Shown here in pieces: positions 25,334 through 39,760 of a stretch of 64,000 nucleotides of DNA; within the stretch, counting starts at the first letter, position 1, and every line of letters begins with the position of its first letter. The notes beneath the pieces are model-generated. The model saw only the letters and a program-made list of their open reading frames with translations. It was not told the DNA's origin and did no database searches. The stretch is from the human T2T-CHM13v2.0 reference genome, Homo sapiens, in NCBI RefSeq assembly GCF_009914755.1, contig NC_060926.1, one strand, 5' to 3'. The translations under genes were made by a program, and so were the position numbers.

Positions 25334-26492
25334 TTATTATCTCTTAGCCATGCAAGAAGAAAGAGACCACATTCAAGAACACAAAGAGCCAGATATGCAA
25401 GTGAAACCTTTTTGGACTGGCCAGCCCAGGCTAGCCACTCATGAACACAGATGAGTGAATAACCCCAGGTGACACCACAGGGAGCAGAGAAATTCTTCTC
25501 TGAGCCCTGCCTAAGCTCCTAGCACCCAGAATGGTGAGCAAACGAAAGGTTGTTGCTTTATACCACAATATTGTGCAGTAATTTGTAATGAAGCATAAGA
25601 TAACTCTGTATTTTGATAATCTCAAAATACAGAGTATCTGAGATTAGATCTATACATTCAAAGCTAGATCTTTTTAGACTTTGATTTTAATGTGTGTATA
25701 AATTAACAGGAGCAATGGACTAAAGTGTGAAAGTGCTTTAGGATAACTTGCTGAGTGCATCGAGAAGAAATGAAATTATTTAAATACTTATGGCCAAAGT
25801 GTTGGATGGGAACAGTGATGGAAAAGGTCGGAGAAGGAGGCTGAGCTGCTCCTCTATTTGTGGAGGACATGGGATAGGTTATCTTGGAGGATGTAGGACT
25901 CTGGTTGCTCAGACCTGTCACTATCTACCCATGGCACACAGAGCATGCATTTGTGGGCTGCTTCTCTCTCCCACCTCCTTCCCTTTGACACCTTTTTCAT
26001 CACTTCTACATCTCCCCAGAAACATAGGCATATTCTCACTCCTCACTGTAGTGTTACCAGCATGTCAACTGATCACCAACATTTGAGTTGTTGGGAGAAA
26101 ACCAAAGAACACAACCAATACATAAATCTCCCTATGACGGATAATTCTCTCTTCCAGTTGCTTTTTCCTCCAGCCACTTCTCCAGATAGACAACAAGCTC
26201 AGTGGGTGCTGCTAGAATCAAGGCATCTGCTTACCCACAGTCCCCTGCACTAGAGCTATCAGCAGTTTGTATGTAGAGCAGGGAAGCCAGTTGATATTAG
26301 CTGCTCCCCAAAACCATGCATCCTGTCATTTCTCTTCACATTGTCACACTAGTTTGAAGCCCACCACTTTCCAGAAAGCTCCACCCCCAGAACTTGGTTG
26401 TTTATTTATGGACAACATGCTCTTGGACCCTAAAATTCTGGTTGGAGTTTGATCTGAGCAATTGTTAATTGAACAGTGTAATTGGAACAGAA

Positions 26493-26570
26493 AACAGAGC
26501 AACAATCTCTGCCACTGTGAAGGTCAGAAACATGACTGCCCCAGAGGAGCTGCTGTATTTGCTGAGAGTC
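26493..26570 (+). repeat. Dispersed direct repeat, copy B (matches 25256-25333)
   Basis: Ungapped manual alignment, 65/78 identical. Confidence 0.9.
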
Positions 26571-27165
26571 CTGACTGTCAGGTCTTTGACACTGTTCCCT
26601 TGGATCCAGCCCTCAGAGAAAGAGTGCTTTTCCAGAGTGTCTCCCTGTCCCCATCCATGTGCAGGTCAGCTCTGCAGAGCACGGCCTGAGATTTTTCATT
26701 TCTTTCATTAAAAAAAAAAAATCTAAAGTATGCAAATGTTTAGCCTGAAGGAAGAGCTGGCACTTTCATCTTTCAGTAAGTAAAGGAAGCAGTGGTGGGA
26801 ACGACTAGTCTGGATTTAATTCTAACCTACAAGGAAGGACATGTCGATGGGCTCTGAATAACAGGAAACTTAGAAGAAAGAAGTGATCTCATGTTAGAGT
26901 TGCTAATTATAAAACACAAATATAATGAGTATATCAGACACAGACTCAGGCTTTATAAAAGCAAATTTCAAAAGGTTCCAAGAAAATGTACAAAATAAAT
27001 GTCTCAGTTGGCTAGAAATTCTAAAGTAATGGAAGATGGACATTCTAAAAATAAGTAAGCCAGGAGCAAGGAAACAGAAAAGGACATGACAGTCCCATAA
27101 ATGTTTTCAATGAGGAAAACATCTGGAAGAGCCTGGAGTGGAAGGTGATACAAAAAGAAATCAGT

Positions 27166-27519
<354 letters not shown>

Positions 27520-28432
27520 TTAAAATACCATACATGGAAGACAGAGGGAAGAATGATGGCCCAAGCCAAATAAAAATGAGTGACAAACTCGGCAGGTATA
27601 ATGACAAGAAAGTTAATGATTCACAGTAAATTAAGGCTTGTAGAAAATGCATGTAACACTTAAAACATCTTTGGGTGAATTTAGGTTATAAAGAATAGGG
27701 AGGACATAGACTTGTTACTGAGGCAGGATTATTTACAAATGAAAGAGAATGAAATAACAAAACCAATAAACAAATACTCTACTTCAATAATTCCTATAAG
27801 GAGAAAGGAAATCTAGATATTAAAAAGGTAAAAGACTGTATTTAAATAAAATTGGTGTCTAAAATGGGTTAACAAGGCACTGACCCAACAGCCTGAAATG
27901 GTTCCCTTCTCTGTGCCCAGGCAAACTGTTCCCCAGAGTACTGCAGAAGGAGAGAAGCATAGCCAATCTGAGGGACAGTGGCCGATAAGAAGCCTCACTA
28001 CTTGAAGTTTGCTCCACATCCTGGCAGTGCCATATCACCTCGAAACTTGATGAAAATACAGTCACAGGCTTCACCTCAAGCCTTCTGAAGCTGCATTTTA
28101 ACTGTATGTCTTGTGATACACACACACAGTAAAGTCTGGAAAGCTCTGTTAAAAAAAAAAAAAGAGAGACAAATAACATGACTTTCAATACAGGTCAACT
28201 CTGTACACTAAAGCTTGCTGAGTTTTGACACTAATCTCAGCAGAATTGGAGGAAGAAGGATTCCAGAGATGGCTTATGTGCATATTGAAGGGCTGTAGTC
28301 ATCTCTAGGCCTGGGAGAAGTTCCCTAGGAACTAAGCACACGCACTCAAGCCATCTCAAAGTAAAATGAGGGTGGTATATCAGAATGTCAGGTACTTTTG
28401 TGTGTTTGTGAGAGAACACAGCATAAGGGTTA

Positions 28433-28756
<324 letters not shown>

Positions 28757-29335
28757 GGCTGGGGAGCCAGGGTTCTGAATTCAGATCCTAGTTTTGCCAC
28801 TTGCTGTGTGACTTTCACCAATGGCTTATGTTCTCTGTGTCAGTTTCCTCATCTGTAAAACAGAAAAAAACAAAACAACAACAACAAACAACAATGTTGC
28901 CTGTAGCATAGGTTTCTGTGAGGAGGAAATAAGCTGATAAAAGTAAAGCACTTCTAAACACATATGGAACCTGGATTGGATCTTGGAACAGAAAGAGAAC
29001 AGTGATGAAAACTGGTAAATTCCAAATAAAACCTGTAGTTGTAGTTAATAGCAGTACATCACTGTTATTTTCTTAGTTTTGACAAATGTGCATAGTTATG
29101 TAGGATGCCAACATTGGAGGGAAGTGGGTGAAGGGCATAAGAACTTCCTGTACTATCTTTGCAATTTTGCTACAAATCCAAAATTTTCTCAAAGTTTACT
29201 TTTCCAAAAAATAAATACTTCCTTACGTAATAAACACTCTATAAATGCAAGGCTAATTGTGCCTAACACATAACAGCACCTAACATATAACAGCACCTAA
29301 CATGTAATAAACACTCAGTAATGTGAGCTATTATA
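28757..29335 (+). mobile_element. MIR interrupted by an old L1 3' end
   Basis: ttgccacttgctgtgtgactt...tcagtttcctcatctgtaaaa; resumes taataaacactcagtaatgtgagctattat. Confidence 0.7.
28965..29215 (+). mobile_element. L1MC/L1MD-like 3' UTR fragment
   Basis: cctggattggatcttggaacagaaa...gggtgaagggcataagaacttcctgtactatctttgcaatttt. Confidence 0.75.
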
Positions 29336-30706
29336 ATTGTTTTAAAAGTTTGTTTATTGATAGTCAGTACATAAAAATTGAGAGAGTCTAATATAGGAAT
29401 ACTAATCCTGATTCAGCAATGCCTCTTGGATAAAGATTTAGAAGATACAATTATCATGTTTTGAGTTAGGATAAAACTCAAAGACAGCTAGTATATTTAA
29501 AGCTTCAATCCACTAGATTTCCTTTAAGCAAAAGACATCCACTTTAGCTTTAGTGTGGCTTATAAAATCAGAGGAGGTGCAGGATAACAGGCCCTGGAAA
29601 GGGAGGATTAGGGAAACTCTGGCGATCTAAGAAGCAGGAATGAATGGATAGTCTATTCAGCAGGCAGCTCAGGGAGGTAAAAACCACGGTAGTTTTCGTC
29701 TTTGGGTCCCTGCAAGACTCATATTCCAAGGAGCAAGAGCAACTAATTAGCCCAACCTGAGTTATACATTCCCTCTGGAATCCAGCACATGAACAGAGAA
29801 GGGAGGAGGAAGCTGTAACAAGAAGGAAGGGAAATAGACCCTAGGCAGGCAAAAGGAACAGAAATCCAGAGGAGACCAGAGTTTTGAAAAGATCTTAACA
29901 AAATGGAAAAGGATTCAAATACTATAAAATCTGGCAACACAGTGGGACTCAATCTGCCACCTACCTGCCCAGACAATTCACTAGGAGGAGGTTAGAGAGC
30001 ATCCTCAGTGGGTGAAGGTCCTCCTGACACAGCACTGATGAGAAGGCCTTCCTGCTCTTGTTTGGGTTCCATATTTTAGTGGAAATTTTTAATCTGAAAT
30101 AAATAAGGTAATGTTCCTGGAGTTTCCATTGCTGGGTACCATGATCTCTAAAGTGAGATATATGTAACCCAGAGAGGAGCAAAATAGTTCTTTGTGGGAA
30201 GGTAAAATTATTAGAACTGCTATTAATATTTACATTTTATAGAGAGAAAGAAATTCATTGAACCTAAGTGATCTTTGTTCTACAGATTGTCACTGGCATG
30301 CTCTCTGGGACCAGAAGTTAGATGATGGTGTGTCACGTACCCTGTACCATATATGGGGTTGGAGCAAAGGTTTCATCCTGGTGCCCACACTCCCATGTGC
30401 TCTGGGGATCACGACATACTTCAACTTAAACAGACCCAGTTAAGTGGGTTTGAGAAGGGACTTGAGAAGTTTCTCTCAATGAGGCACCAGATCAAAAGTA
30501 AAACTAATGGTAGAACAAGGAAACCAAACAAGATAGGAGAACTTGTACTTCTGTTCCCAGCACAAACTGCTTATTAGCCACATGAAGAGCTAAAAGCAAT
30601 AGCAATCTAAATAAGCCTAAAGAAGCTGGCTAACACATTTGAAATAGTCAAGAAGAACATCTGAACTATGGATCTGTAACATTGAATGATAAACCTTGCC
30701 CTAAAT

Positions 30707-30928
30707 CAATGGTTCTAAATCAGGGGTGACCATGCCCCTGAAGAGACATTTGGAATACTAGCAATGCCTAGATATTTTTAGTTATTAAAACTGAAACGTG
30801 CTATTGGCCTCTAATTGGGAGAGACCAGGGATGTAGTTAAACCTCCTATAATGTACATTGTATAGCTCCCACCACCAACAAAGAATTATCTGGCCCCAAA
30901 TCAATAGTGTTGATGTTGAGAAACCTTG
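30707..30928 (+). mobile_element. MER20, second copy
   Basis: caatggttct...gaccagggatg...aacaaagaattatctggccccaaat...gttgagaaaccttg; TSD ccctaaat/aactaaat. Confidence 0.88.
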
Positions 30929-31139
30929 AACTAAATTAAATATGTATTGTGCCTTGAGATAGCAAATGTATATTATCTAGGCATATACAATTTATAAAGT
31001 AACATATAAAGTTAAACTTATAACAATATATATTCAAAATACATTTATGGGAGACAACTGTAAATCAGTAAAAGAGTTCGGACACCATCAGAATAGCACA
31101 TATCAGATGCTTGTAAAAGTTATTGTTCGCCTTTATTTA

Positions 31140-31480
31140 AAGGCTGGTTAAAGTTTTTGAAACCATGTCACTGGACTTATTGAAGAATCTGTGATTATAG
31201 AATATAAAATAGAAGATGAAGAAGCGCATTAGCTGCCTTCAGAAAGCTGAAAGAGTATTCTGTAGAAGAAAGATTTGTCTTAGTGGTGTATCTCCAGAGA
31301 GTCAGAGCTAAGATCACTTAAAAACCAAAAGGACTATTTTGATGGAATAGAAGGAAGATTTTTCTAACAATTTTCTTGTCCAGGTGATGAAATGAGCCGA
31401 TGCACTATAGGCTGTTCTCACTTGGGATGGAATGTTGGCCAAGATGAGCTATATGGGCCTCAGCTTGACAATTCTGCAAA
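31140..31480 (+). mobile_element. L3/CR1 relic
   Basis: gaaaccatgtca...tagctgccttcagaaagctgaaag...gtagaagaaagatt...aggaagatttttctaacaatt. Confidence 0.55.
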
Positions 31481-31647
31481 TTTCTTCTTAAAAGTGTAAA
31501 CAGCTTCTCATGCAGTTTGTGCTGTACTCCAATGTGCCACACTATGTCTTTAAAGTAGAGGTTGCTAAGTTGTGGTTCTTAGAAATGTGGTTTGTTTTCA
31601 GAATGGTGTTTAAAAGCAATTATAAAATAATACTCAATATTTAGCAA

Positions 31648-33256
31648 TTTTTTTTTCTTATTCAACTTTTATTTTAGAATAAAGAGGATACATGTGCAGG
31701 TTTGTTACAAAGGTATATTGTGTGATGCTAAGGTTTAGAGTATGACTGAATCCGTCACCCAGGTAGTGATCAGGGTACCCAATAGGAAGTTTTTCAGCCC
31801 TTTCCTTCCTCCTGCTCTTCCTGCTTTAGTTGACCCCATTGTTTATTATTCCCATCTTTATGTTTAGCTCCCACTTATGAGTGAGAACAAATGGTATTTG
31901 GATTTCTGTTTCCATATTAGTTCTCTTAGGATCATGCCCTCCAGCTGCATCCATGTTGCTATAAAGAACATGATTCCATTCTTTTTGATAGCTGTATAGT
32001 ATTCCATAGTGTATATGTACCACATTTTCTTTATCCAATCCACCACTGATGAGTACTTGGGTTGATTCCAAGTTTTTGCTATTGTGAATATTGCTGCAAT
32101 AAACATAGGGTTGCATGTGTCCTTTCAGTAGAATGGCTTATTTCCCTTTGGGTACAACTTATGGTAGTTCAACTCTTCATTTTTGAGAAATCTTCAGATT
32201 GCTCTCCACAGTGGCTGGGCTAATTTACATTCCCACCAAGAGTTTGTAAGTGTCTCCTTTTCTCCACAGCCTTGCCAATATCTGTTGTTTTTTGACTTTC
32301 TAACAAAAGTCATTCTGACTGGCGTGAGATGGTATCTCATTGTGGTTTTGGTTTGTGTTTCTCTGATGATTCACGATGATGAGCATTTTTTCATATGTTT
32401 ATGGGCCACTTACATGTTTTCTGTTGAGAAGTGTCTGTTCATGTCTTTTGCCTATTTTTTGTTGAACTTGTGTGGATCAGCTGGTTGTAAATGTGTGGCT
32501 TCATTTCTGGGTTCTGTAATCTGGTCTATTGGTCTATGTGTCTGTTTTTGTGCCATTACTATGCTGTTTTGGTTACTATAGCCTTATAGTATAGTTTGAA
32601 GTCAGGTAATGCGATGCCTCTGGCTTTGTTCTTTTTGCTTAGGGTTGCTTTGGCTATTTGTGCTCTTTTTTGGTTCCATATGAATTTTATAGTTTTTTAT
32701 AGTTATGTGAAAAGTGACATTGGCAGTTTGATAGAAATAGAATTGAATCTGTAAATGGCTTTGGGAAGTATGGCCATTTTAACACTATTGATTCTTCTGA
32801 TTCACGAGCATGAAATATTTGTCCATTTATTTGTGTCATCTCTGATTTTTTTCAGCAGTGTTTTGTAGTTCTTGTAGAGATCTTTCACCTCCTTGGTTAG
32901 CTGTATTCCTAGGTATTTAATTTTCTTCATGGCTATTATAAATGGAATTGTGGTCTTAATTTGGCTCTTGGGTAGAACATTATTGGTGTATAGAAATGCT
33001 GCTGACTTTTGTATATTGATTTTGTATCCTAAGACTTTACTGAAGTCATTTGTCAGTTCTAAGAGCTTTTGGGTGAAGTTTTTAGGGTTTTCTAAGTATG
33101 GAACCATATCGTTAACAAAGAGACATAGTTTGACTTCTTTCCCTATTTGGATGCCTTTTATTTCTTTCTCTTGCCCGATTGCTCTGGCTAGGACTTCCTG
33201 TGCTATGTGGAATAGGAGTGGTGAGAGTAGGCATTCTTGTCTTGTTCCAGTTCTCA
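31648..33256 (-). mobile_element. L1PA13-16-like, 5'-truncated, with internal deletions
   Basis: Antisense 3' UTR (aacttttattttag...tacatgtgcaggtttgttaca); ORF2 remnants [31 protein letters not shown] and WNQPKY..DWIKKMWYIYTMEYY. Confidence 0.93.
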
Positions 33257-33459
33257 ACATTTGGAAAGCAAATGGACTTAACATAAGCAATCCAGGTTTC
33301 AGGTTTCAGATTTCTTCTGTAATATGAATAGATATGTCAATATCAAGTCCATATTACTACCTAGCAACCAGAAGCTGGGATTGTCTGCTTTGCTCATTTC
33401 TATAACCTGCTTTAACCCTACAGTACTTGAGTTTTGGAGGTAAGTAGTCGTTTAGGAAG

Positions 33460-33690
33460 CTGACTATAGCCACAAGACTTGGCTGCTTATCCTTCTGCCT
33501 TCATTTACTAGTGGTGTAACCTTTGGCAAGGTACTTACCTTCTCTTTAATTTTTTCATCTGGGATATGAAGATAACAATAATACCTACCTCATAGGGGTA
33601 TATAAAGATTAATTGAACTCACTACATACAAAGTCCCTGGAATAGTTCCTGACACATAGCAGGTGTTCAGTAAACGTGACAATTATTTCA
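33460..33690 (+). mobile_element. MIR
   Basis: catttactagtggtgtaacctttggcaagg...ataatacctacctcatagg...cctgacacatagcaggtgttcagtaaa. Confidence 0.8.
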
Positions 33691-36103
33691 GTTTGTGGCC
33701 CCTGATAGAAAGGCTGCCTGCTATCACACATTCTTGGAAGAGTGTTTGAGTCAGCATGGGTCCATTGATCTGACATTACCATTTTAATGGATGTTGCACT
33801 AGGAACACAAGTCATGTTTCCATGCAGAAATTGAAGCAATAGTCTAGACCATTTTTATATGTCAGCCCTATGACTACATAGAGTAATGAAAATGAAATAA
33901 AAAGTGGTTGGGGAGATGAGAAAGGACAGTTTGCTCTGTTTTATGTATCTTTGATAATTTCATGTCAGAAGTTCACCGTGGAAACATGAATCTACACAAC
34001 TATGACTTTGGGGGAACAATGGACACTATCACTATAGTTCAGCACAATGACACTGGAGACTAGAGGAGAGAACTTGAAAGAGAAATTTAGACGAGATGGA
34101 AAGAATAATGTTCAAAGATGTCTATTCAAGCACCAAAGGATAACTTCAGTTCCCAAAGACAACTAACCTAGCATTTCATCATCTAGGATATTCCAATCAG
34201 TTAATTTCAAACGAAGCTTGAGTTAAAATTGCATTGTCATCTTGCCTTGCTCGAATTAAAGGTTTATTTTTATTAGTTGGATAGGTTTTCTTTCAGTTTT
34301 ACGGAAAAAATTGAAAAATGGACAGAGTCCATTAGGAGATATATGGGATTTAGTGAATTTTTACCCAATGAACAAAACCTGGCTTTGAAATTGGTTGTAT
34401 AACCTTCTTATTTCAGGATCAGGCTGATCAGAGATGCCACACATACCTTCTGCCATTGGTTGCTATGCAGAGCAAAACCACAAGGCCTAGAAATTGCAGG
34501 TTCGTTCATTCTTCAGTGCTTAACAATCTCCCAAGGAAGGTAGATGCATTTTCCAAGATAGCAGTTTCATCAAAGAACAGCCGATAATGACAGATAAAGA
34601 GCAGCCTGGCGGCTTGAGCTTATGTCCGTTTCAAGGATTTACTGAATACTAATAGAACACAGCTTTTGTTGAGAAAATGCCTTTGCAGTCAGTGATTGCC
34701 TTGTGTCGTTAAACCTAGCCACCAATTGTTTTGCCCCACAGGATCTGTAATACTTTACCAAATCAGGGAAAAATATTAATTAGATTTTTTTTAATTTAGG
34801 AAGAAGTTCGACTTTAAGTATGTATTTATTTATTCAATAGTGAAAAGATTTGTGTGTATGGTGAGTGATTTCCGTTTCGTTACTATAGAGTGACACATGG
34901 TACATGTGGGAGGCAGAATGAAATGATCTGTAATCCCATTCTAATAAAGGCAGTTTGAAGCATATGTTATTGGGCCATCCCGTACATACACACCCTGAAC
35001 TACACAATTATGCTTTTCATTACATGTTATGTTACACTTTCTCTATTTGTATACGTTGGTTTTTACCTCTCAAGCTGTAATATACATTTCACAAGGTCAT
35101 GGTCCTAGTACTTCTTTTACTCGTCCATGTTGTTATTAAGAGAAATTGGGCACATGTCATAGGTTGAAAATACATGTTAATTGAGTAGCACAGATTGTGA
35201 GTTCAGAAAGTGACAGGAAAAAAGAAGGCGGCTTTGGCAGATTCCAACAGAAGCTGAGTTTTTAAAGGAGTAAATGGAAACATATGAAAAATTTGACCTA
35301 AGTGATGGAAAAAATAAAACTCTGGGAAGGCGGCTTGTTCCAACTTTCTGCTAAGCCAAGACCTTCAAAACAGGAATTGACAATTTTGAATGATGAAGAG
35401 AAATCTTTGGCTATACCAAAATAGATGTAATCTTCAAATTACTTAGATTACGGAGATGTAAAACCAGATTAAAAATCTCAGTTCTTTGAATATTTGATAT
35501 ACAAGTTTCCCTCTCACTTCTCTCTGTTTTTCATCTTCATGACTTTTGGCCTAATAAAGACTTCATTAAAAATAAACAAAGGGGTGTCTGGTTGCCTTAT
35601 TTACTGGTGATAATCATAGGAAATATGTTTACTTTCCTTCTGAAACCAATGGTCTTATCTCCATTCACTTGCATTTGTATCAATGAAAGTTACTTGAAAT
35701 CAGCATCACATAAGAATTTCAACCCGGTATCTTAATATGGTATCAGTCAAATATTTGGGCTGAGGTCACAAACACAGCCGTGAGGTGGGATTAGTGCCTT
35801 CAGCACTTTCTCTGAAGTTGTTAGAGGGGGTGAATGCCATGCCCACTGTCATGGCTTTTGAACAAAAGTTCTGATGATTTTTTATGTAAATACCAGCATT
35901 TTTGAAATGTACAATTAATCTGTGTGTGAATCAAAATGCTGCCTCCTCTCCTACAATGGATGAGTGATGGATTTTGATTGTATCAGGGCATACTCAGGCC
36001 CTCCTGTGTTTGGGTAGCTTTCAGAAAATCAATACATCACTGAAGTCCTTCCTACAGAATTTAAAGTAACGGAAGCAACCACCTTGAGTCACCACATCTA
36101 TAA

Positions 36104-36448
<345 letters not shown>

Positions 36449-36484
36449 CCTATTCTTCTATTTATTGCATAAGAGAAAAGACGG

Positions 36485-37035
36485 TAACTTAACATTTGTT
36501 GAACAAGTCCTATGGGTCAAGTTTTGTTTAGGGCCTTAACATGATTGACTCTTCCGTAACACTCTGAGTGAGGTGTGGTTATTGTCATTTGTACAAAAGG
36601 AAATTGAAGCAGAGGAGTTAAGTGACTTGCTCAAGGCACACACAGCTAATGGATATTAGAGTGGGGATTTGAATCTAGATCTATCTTAAAACATAGTCCA
36701 TGATGATTATTATTTTTCTTTGTCTCCCATTAAAAATAACAATTTTCAATTTTCTGCAATTCTAGCACCCTAATTATATCATATTTATAGAACTGGCATT
36801 TACTAGGTATGACCACATTCCACAGCTTCACTTTACTGCTTTAAACGTATGCTTTTAATCCTCATCATAATTCTGCAAAGTCGGTAAAATTATTACCTCT
36901 TCTACATTATAAATGTGGAAACTAAGGCATAGGAATGCTATTTAAATTTCCCAAGGTCATGTGACGATTTAGTGGCAAAGCAGGATTTGAGCCCAGGCAT
37001 GTGGCTCTAGAGTCTGTCCTTGCAATCACTATCCT
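36485..37035 (-). mobile_element. Two tandem MIR copies (~36485-36690 and ~36790-37035)
   Basis: gaaattgaagcagaggagttaagtgacttgctcaagg; gaaactaaggcatagg...cccaaggtca...ggatttgagcccaggca. Confidence 0.75.
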
Positions 37036-38098
37036 CAACTGATATACTCTGTATGCTGCACCGTGTTAAACAGAGCACAGACATAGCTCTGATCTTGAAG
37101 TATGCCATTTAGTATATTGATATCTAATTACCTAATAGGGACTCAAAATAGAGTTTCTCTGGGTGTCTCCTTTCAAAATAGTTTATGCACTAGCTGAATT
37201 GGGGTGAATAAATAACATTTCTCTGTGCTATGAGTTTTATGTGTTTAGGAGTTAATTTCTCCTACTTAATAACACTGTATCTGTAAAAGACCAATTCTCT
37301 CTATTCTGTTAAAAACACAGGAGATTCTTTAATAAAAGTATAATTTATGTGATGTTTGCCCACCAAATTATCTTTTCTGTTCACTTTAAATTAATTACAG
37401 ATGGTATATGGGCCAAAGTGGGTTACAATATATTCAGGCATTCACATTATTTCCAATAGAGGACTCAAAGTAACATCTTACAATTGCTTTGACTTTTTTT
37501 TTAATAAAATAAAATAAATGGGCATCTTGCTTGCCTTTGAAGATCCCTTTGCTAATCTCAGATTGCCATCTGAAATTTTAATTAGTGAATTGAAATGTGC
37601 TTACACAAAGAACCTTGTCCAAGTTGTCTGTTTCTGCCAAATTAAACTATTAAACTAAGTAACCTAATTAAAATCCTTTTAGCTTTTAATCAATATTTTA
37701 TTTACATCCATATTTCCCAGGAAGCTTAATGAGTTTTTTGGAAGTGATAGTTATTTCTGTCCCATTTATCAGAGTTCAATTTTAAGAAGTAAGTTATCTC
37801 CTCTAAGGCCATGGAGGCAGCAAGAAACAGATGAGGACATCTTTGGTGCAGACCCCTCTGTCCTCTACCAGCCCTGGGTGCACAGGAAGCTGGGCAATGC
37901 TCCTGCAGCTTCCGGGTGAGGTAGACAGCTGTGGGAAAAGATAGGAGCAGCTCCACTGCCCTACACACAGCCAGCCCCTCTGCCCTTTCCTCCCAGAGAC
38001 GCTGGCAACATACCTGGCAGTGATTACAGAGGGTGAAAACCACAATGTGCTCTCCAAGGAAAAAAGTAGGTTTCCCTATTGCTTATTCTTGAGAGTCA

Positions 38099-38402
<304 letters not shown>

Positions 38403-39235
38403 AAATAGTTTAATGAGGTTTATGAAAATAGCATTCTTTTTATTCATTCCCTGGTCATCCTTCCTCGCTCATCCCGTTTACCAGAGGCAAGCACTTTCAG
38501 ATCACTTTATAAATTTATCAGTGTCTCTAAAAAGCATACTTACGTGACAACTTCCTGATTTCTAAATTTTAGACCTCAACTATTAATTTCCTACTGTACA
38601 AAATAATGACTTAGCTTTCTTTAATCTCCCCTACTCCCATCCACATCCACATTTCAACCACACATCCCATTCTCTCAATACAAATACAGCAGAATTTTGG
38701 TTCTATAGGTATTTAATGTTGATAAACACTATTCTTACTTAAATCAGTAGGATAGAATAATTTCTTCTCTTGCCTTGAAAACTCTTTTTTCTTGGGTTTT
38801 ATGTCCTTGTCTCCTTAGTTTTCTGTGTCCATCTCTAACCTCAATTTCTTCCCTAATGGATTAAATCTTCCTGAATACAATCAAACATCCTACATTGTAA
38901 AAATGTGATACTCTTGGAGACATCACTCCCAGAGCCTCTGTCCAGGCTGGTTGGTCTTTACAGGTGGTAGACAACTGCCACTCTGAGATCACCCTTCACC
39001 ATCCTGGGGAGTCCTTCATCTCTCTATGGAGTCAGGCCTCTGCATTCCTGGATTTCAGTCGTCATATTTGTTGGTTTATTCTCATGTCTTGGTAAGGCAC
39101 ATTCTCCTACATATTCCTGAGAATAAGTACCTGGAAGGTAAATTTTCTAACATCTGACATGTTTGAAAAATATCTTCATCCAACCTTTGCACTTAATTAA
39201 TAAATAGTTTATCTGGGTACGGAATTCTGGGTTGA

Positions 39236-39760
39236 TGTGGGATATTATATTTTCCAAAAGTAGCTACAACAGCTCCCATCCCACATGCTATTAGAATGTG
39301 ACTTTGATGCTCCTCTCATAGAGATGGGAAGGGGTCTCTGTTCCCTGATCTGAATTGAACAGACATGTGACTCTGGTGGTAGTGACGCTATGTGACATCC
39401 AAGGGTAAGACACAAAATGTTGTCTAGGGTTAGGGTTTTCTTCTTTTTCTTTTTTTTTCTTGAGACAGTTGCTCTTGGAACCTGACCAATGGGTTGTGTT
39501 CCTCATGCTGTGAGGAAGCAGAAACCACTCAGTGGAGACACCCACATGAAGTGGAAATGATAGCAGCAGCAACTCACCAGCTGCGTGAGTAAGCTCACTT
39601 GGAAGGGAATTCTCCTGATCAGCCACGCCATCCTGGTTCATGCTACATGGAGCAGGCAAGCATTCTCTTGTGAACCTTATCCAAAGTGCAGATTTGGGAG
39701 AAAAATATATGATTTAGAGGTTTGGAATTGTTTGCTACATAGCAAGAAATAACTGGGACT
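39236..39760 (+). mobile_element. MLT1G-like solo LTR
   Basis: tgtggg...cccatcccacatgct...agtgacgctatgtgac...catgctgtgaggaagc...gctacatagcaagaaataactgg. Confidence 0.75.

Larger units (their letters stand above)
24000..25610 (+). mobile_element. MLT1H2-like LTR, host of nested insertions
   Basis: agaatgcagtggaagtgatgctgtgtg...gccaccatgtaagaagtc resumes as tgactactctgagac...gagccctgcc...gcataagataac after the inserts. Confidence 0.75.

Noticed and set aside
32802-33290. 162-aa ORF with reverse-transcriptase-like motifs (also 54409-54861, 53935-54144, 31864-32106)
   Set aside because: Fragments of L1 ORF2 in truncated, frameshifted L1 copies; not host genes or active elements
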